64,000 nt of DNA from Antedon mediterranea. Its lineage: Eukaryota > Animalia > Echinodermata. The position numbers and the translations under genes were made by a program. The first letter of the stretch is position 1, and each line of letters opens with the position of its first letter. This document shows, piece after piece, positions 62,834-64,000 of this stretch. Under the pieces are notes generated by a model. That model saw nothing but the letters and a program-made list of their open reading frames with translations. It did no database searches and was not told the origin of the DNA. The stretch is taken from contig NC_092678.1 in NCBI RefSeq assembly GCF_964355755.1, forward strand, positions 14,968,371 through 15,032,370, written 5' to 3'.

Positions 62834-63858
62834 GTTACTTTAATAGTACTCAAGGACCTGGTGCCAATTAGTTAGGATCGAGTGTACACAGTACTACTGT
62901 ACTACTACTATACAGTAGGCCTGTTTGTTTTTGTTTATATCGTATGCTTTGAAGCGTATCAGAACTCTGCTGCCACCTATAGTTTTCATATTATCGGTGA
63001 TCGAGGATACGAAACTACATTTGTTCTTAAAACGAGTACGAGATCGAGAACCGGTAATTAATGCTGGTTCTCGTTCCCGATCGAGATAGCGAAAGCTCTC
63101 TATTACCACGCAATCACGGCGAATACCGCATATTTCATAGTCATTGCGTAAGATTCTGGTTCACACGAAGTGACGAATATGCGTCGAATATCGCTTAGTT
63201 ACGCGATACGCGGTAAATAATCTTCACACGAAGTGACGAATGTATTAATTAAGTGATTACTCTTTAATTAATGAGTATATTTTTTTATGAACACTTTAAA
63301 ATTATTCATTTGATATATTTTTACATAATTACCACAAAAATAATGGACATTCGCTTTTCTTCTTGCGAGAAATGACCGTGCAAAAAGTGCCTTTTTTACA
63401 ATCGCGATTTTCTCGAAATGGACATTTTGCGGATTCGCCGGTTCGTGTGACGAGTGACGATATGATTGAAACTTCATCCTTATTGTTTGTACCTCCTTAT
63501 ATACAATGGCTTACATTCTTTGCAAATAAATTACATAAAACGAACAATTAAAAATCAACCAAAAAAATAACAAAACACAATGTAAGCATAATGTACTTTA
63601 CAATATTTCATATAATACACCTACCGGGAGCTAATGAAATTACCAGCCAGATATCATATCGAAGAGTCGCTTATATTCGGGAAACTTTGATTTTTCAACC
63701 TGGACCGCAAATTCAGTTCACAACGTTACCGGTTCCCATTTCCTTATAAATGATCAAACTATCAAGTTATACAAAAACTTTCAGAATTACTTACTGCATT
63801 TTACCAAGCCTAATAATGGGTTATGGGTATTCATTTTTTCAGTTGTAACCTTATATAG

Positions 63859-64000
63859 TGAGGGCGTGTGGCGCTGTGTGTTGGACGTTCGACTGATCAT
63901 TAGACCGAGGTTCAAATCCAACTCTCGCCGCATTGCTTGTATCCTTAGGCAAGATACTTTACTTACGTTTGCCTCTCTCCACATAGGTGTATAATTGGGA
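63859..64000 (+). mobile_element. tRNA-derived SINE with CORE/V-like body (runs off the window)
   Basis: gtggcgctgtgtg..aggttcaaatcc then tgtatccttaggcaagatactttac..tgcctctctccacataggtgtataa. Confidence 0.65.

Larger units (their letters stand above)
59724..63101. mobile_element. PIF/Harbinger transposon, internally deleted
   Basis: 32-bp TIR AGAGAGCTTTCGCTATCTCGATCGGGAACGAG, 3-bp TSD ATT (single ATT at the empty site ~56193), convergent Myb-like and DDE genes. Confidence 0.92.
58276..63459. mobile_element. Non-autonomous TIR DNA transposon with ATAT TSD (Sola1-like, tentative), carrying a nested Harbinger
   Basis: 28-bp TIR CGTCACTCGTCACACGAACCGGCGAATC at 58276 and inverted ending at 63459; ATAT on both flanks. 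Superfamily inferred only from the 4-bp AWWT TSD. Confidence 0.75.

Overview
AT-rich eukaryotic (invertebrate, probably deuterostome) genomic DNA with spliceosomal introns, mostly made of nested transposons. Two host-gene segments are visible, both on the + strand. The first (55-8703) is the 3' part of a ROCO-type gene: Roc GTPase P-loop, COR, Pro-rich linker and tandem death-effector-like domains. It looks disabled, with a frameshift in the G2 motif, a TG where an AG acceptor is expected, and no visible G3-G5 exons. The second (47120-53616) is the 5' part of a gene built from six tandemly duplicated phase-0 ankyrin exons of about 105 nt, one repeat per exon, whose differences cluster at predicted ligand-contact positions. 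Mobile elements include a full-length Gmr1-type Gypsy LTR element, an L1/Tx1 LINE nested in an L2/CR1-group LINE, other L2/CR1-group LINEs, and Penelope fragments with hammerhead ribozymes. Also present are a Helitron, a Helentron-type element, a Harbinger nested in a TIR element with an ATAT TSD, and a 5S+tRNA+Deu-type SINE. The strongest leads are: a possible exon-shuffled ANK-(ROCO-DED) immune receptor cluster; a recurrent 6-bp TA->TAGGCCTA insertion process; (TA)n-bounded mobile modules carrying internal tRNA-like genes; and an extra 263-codon ORF inside the L1/Tx1 element. All calls were made by eye and no database searches were run.
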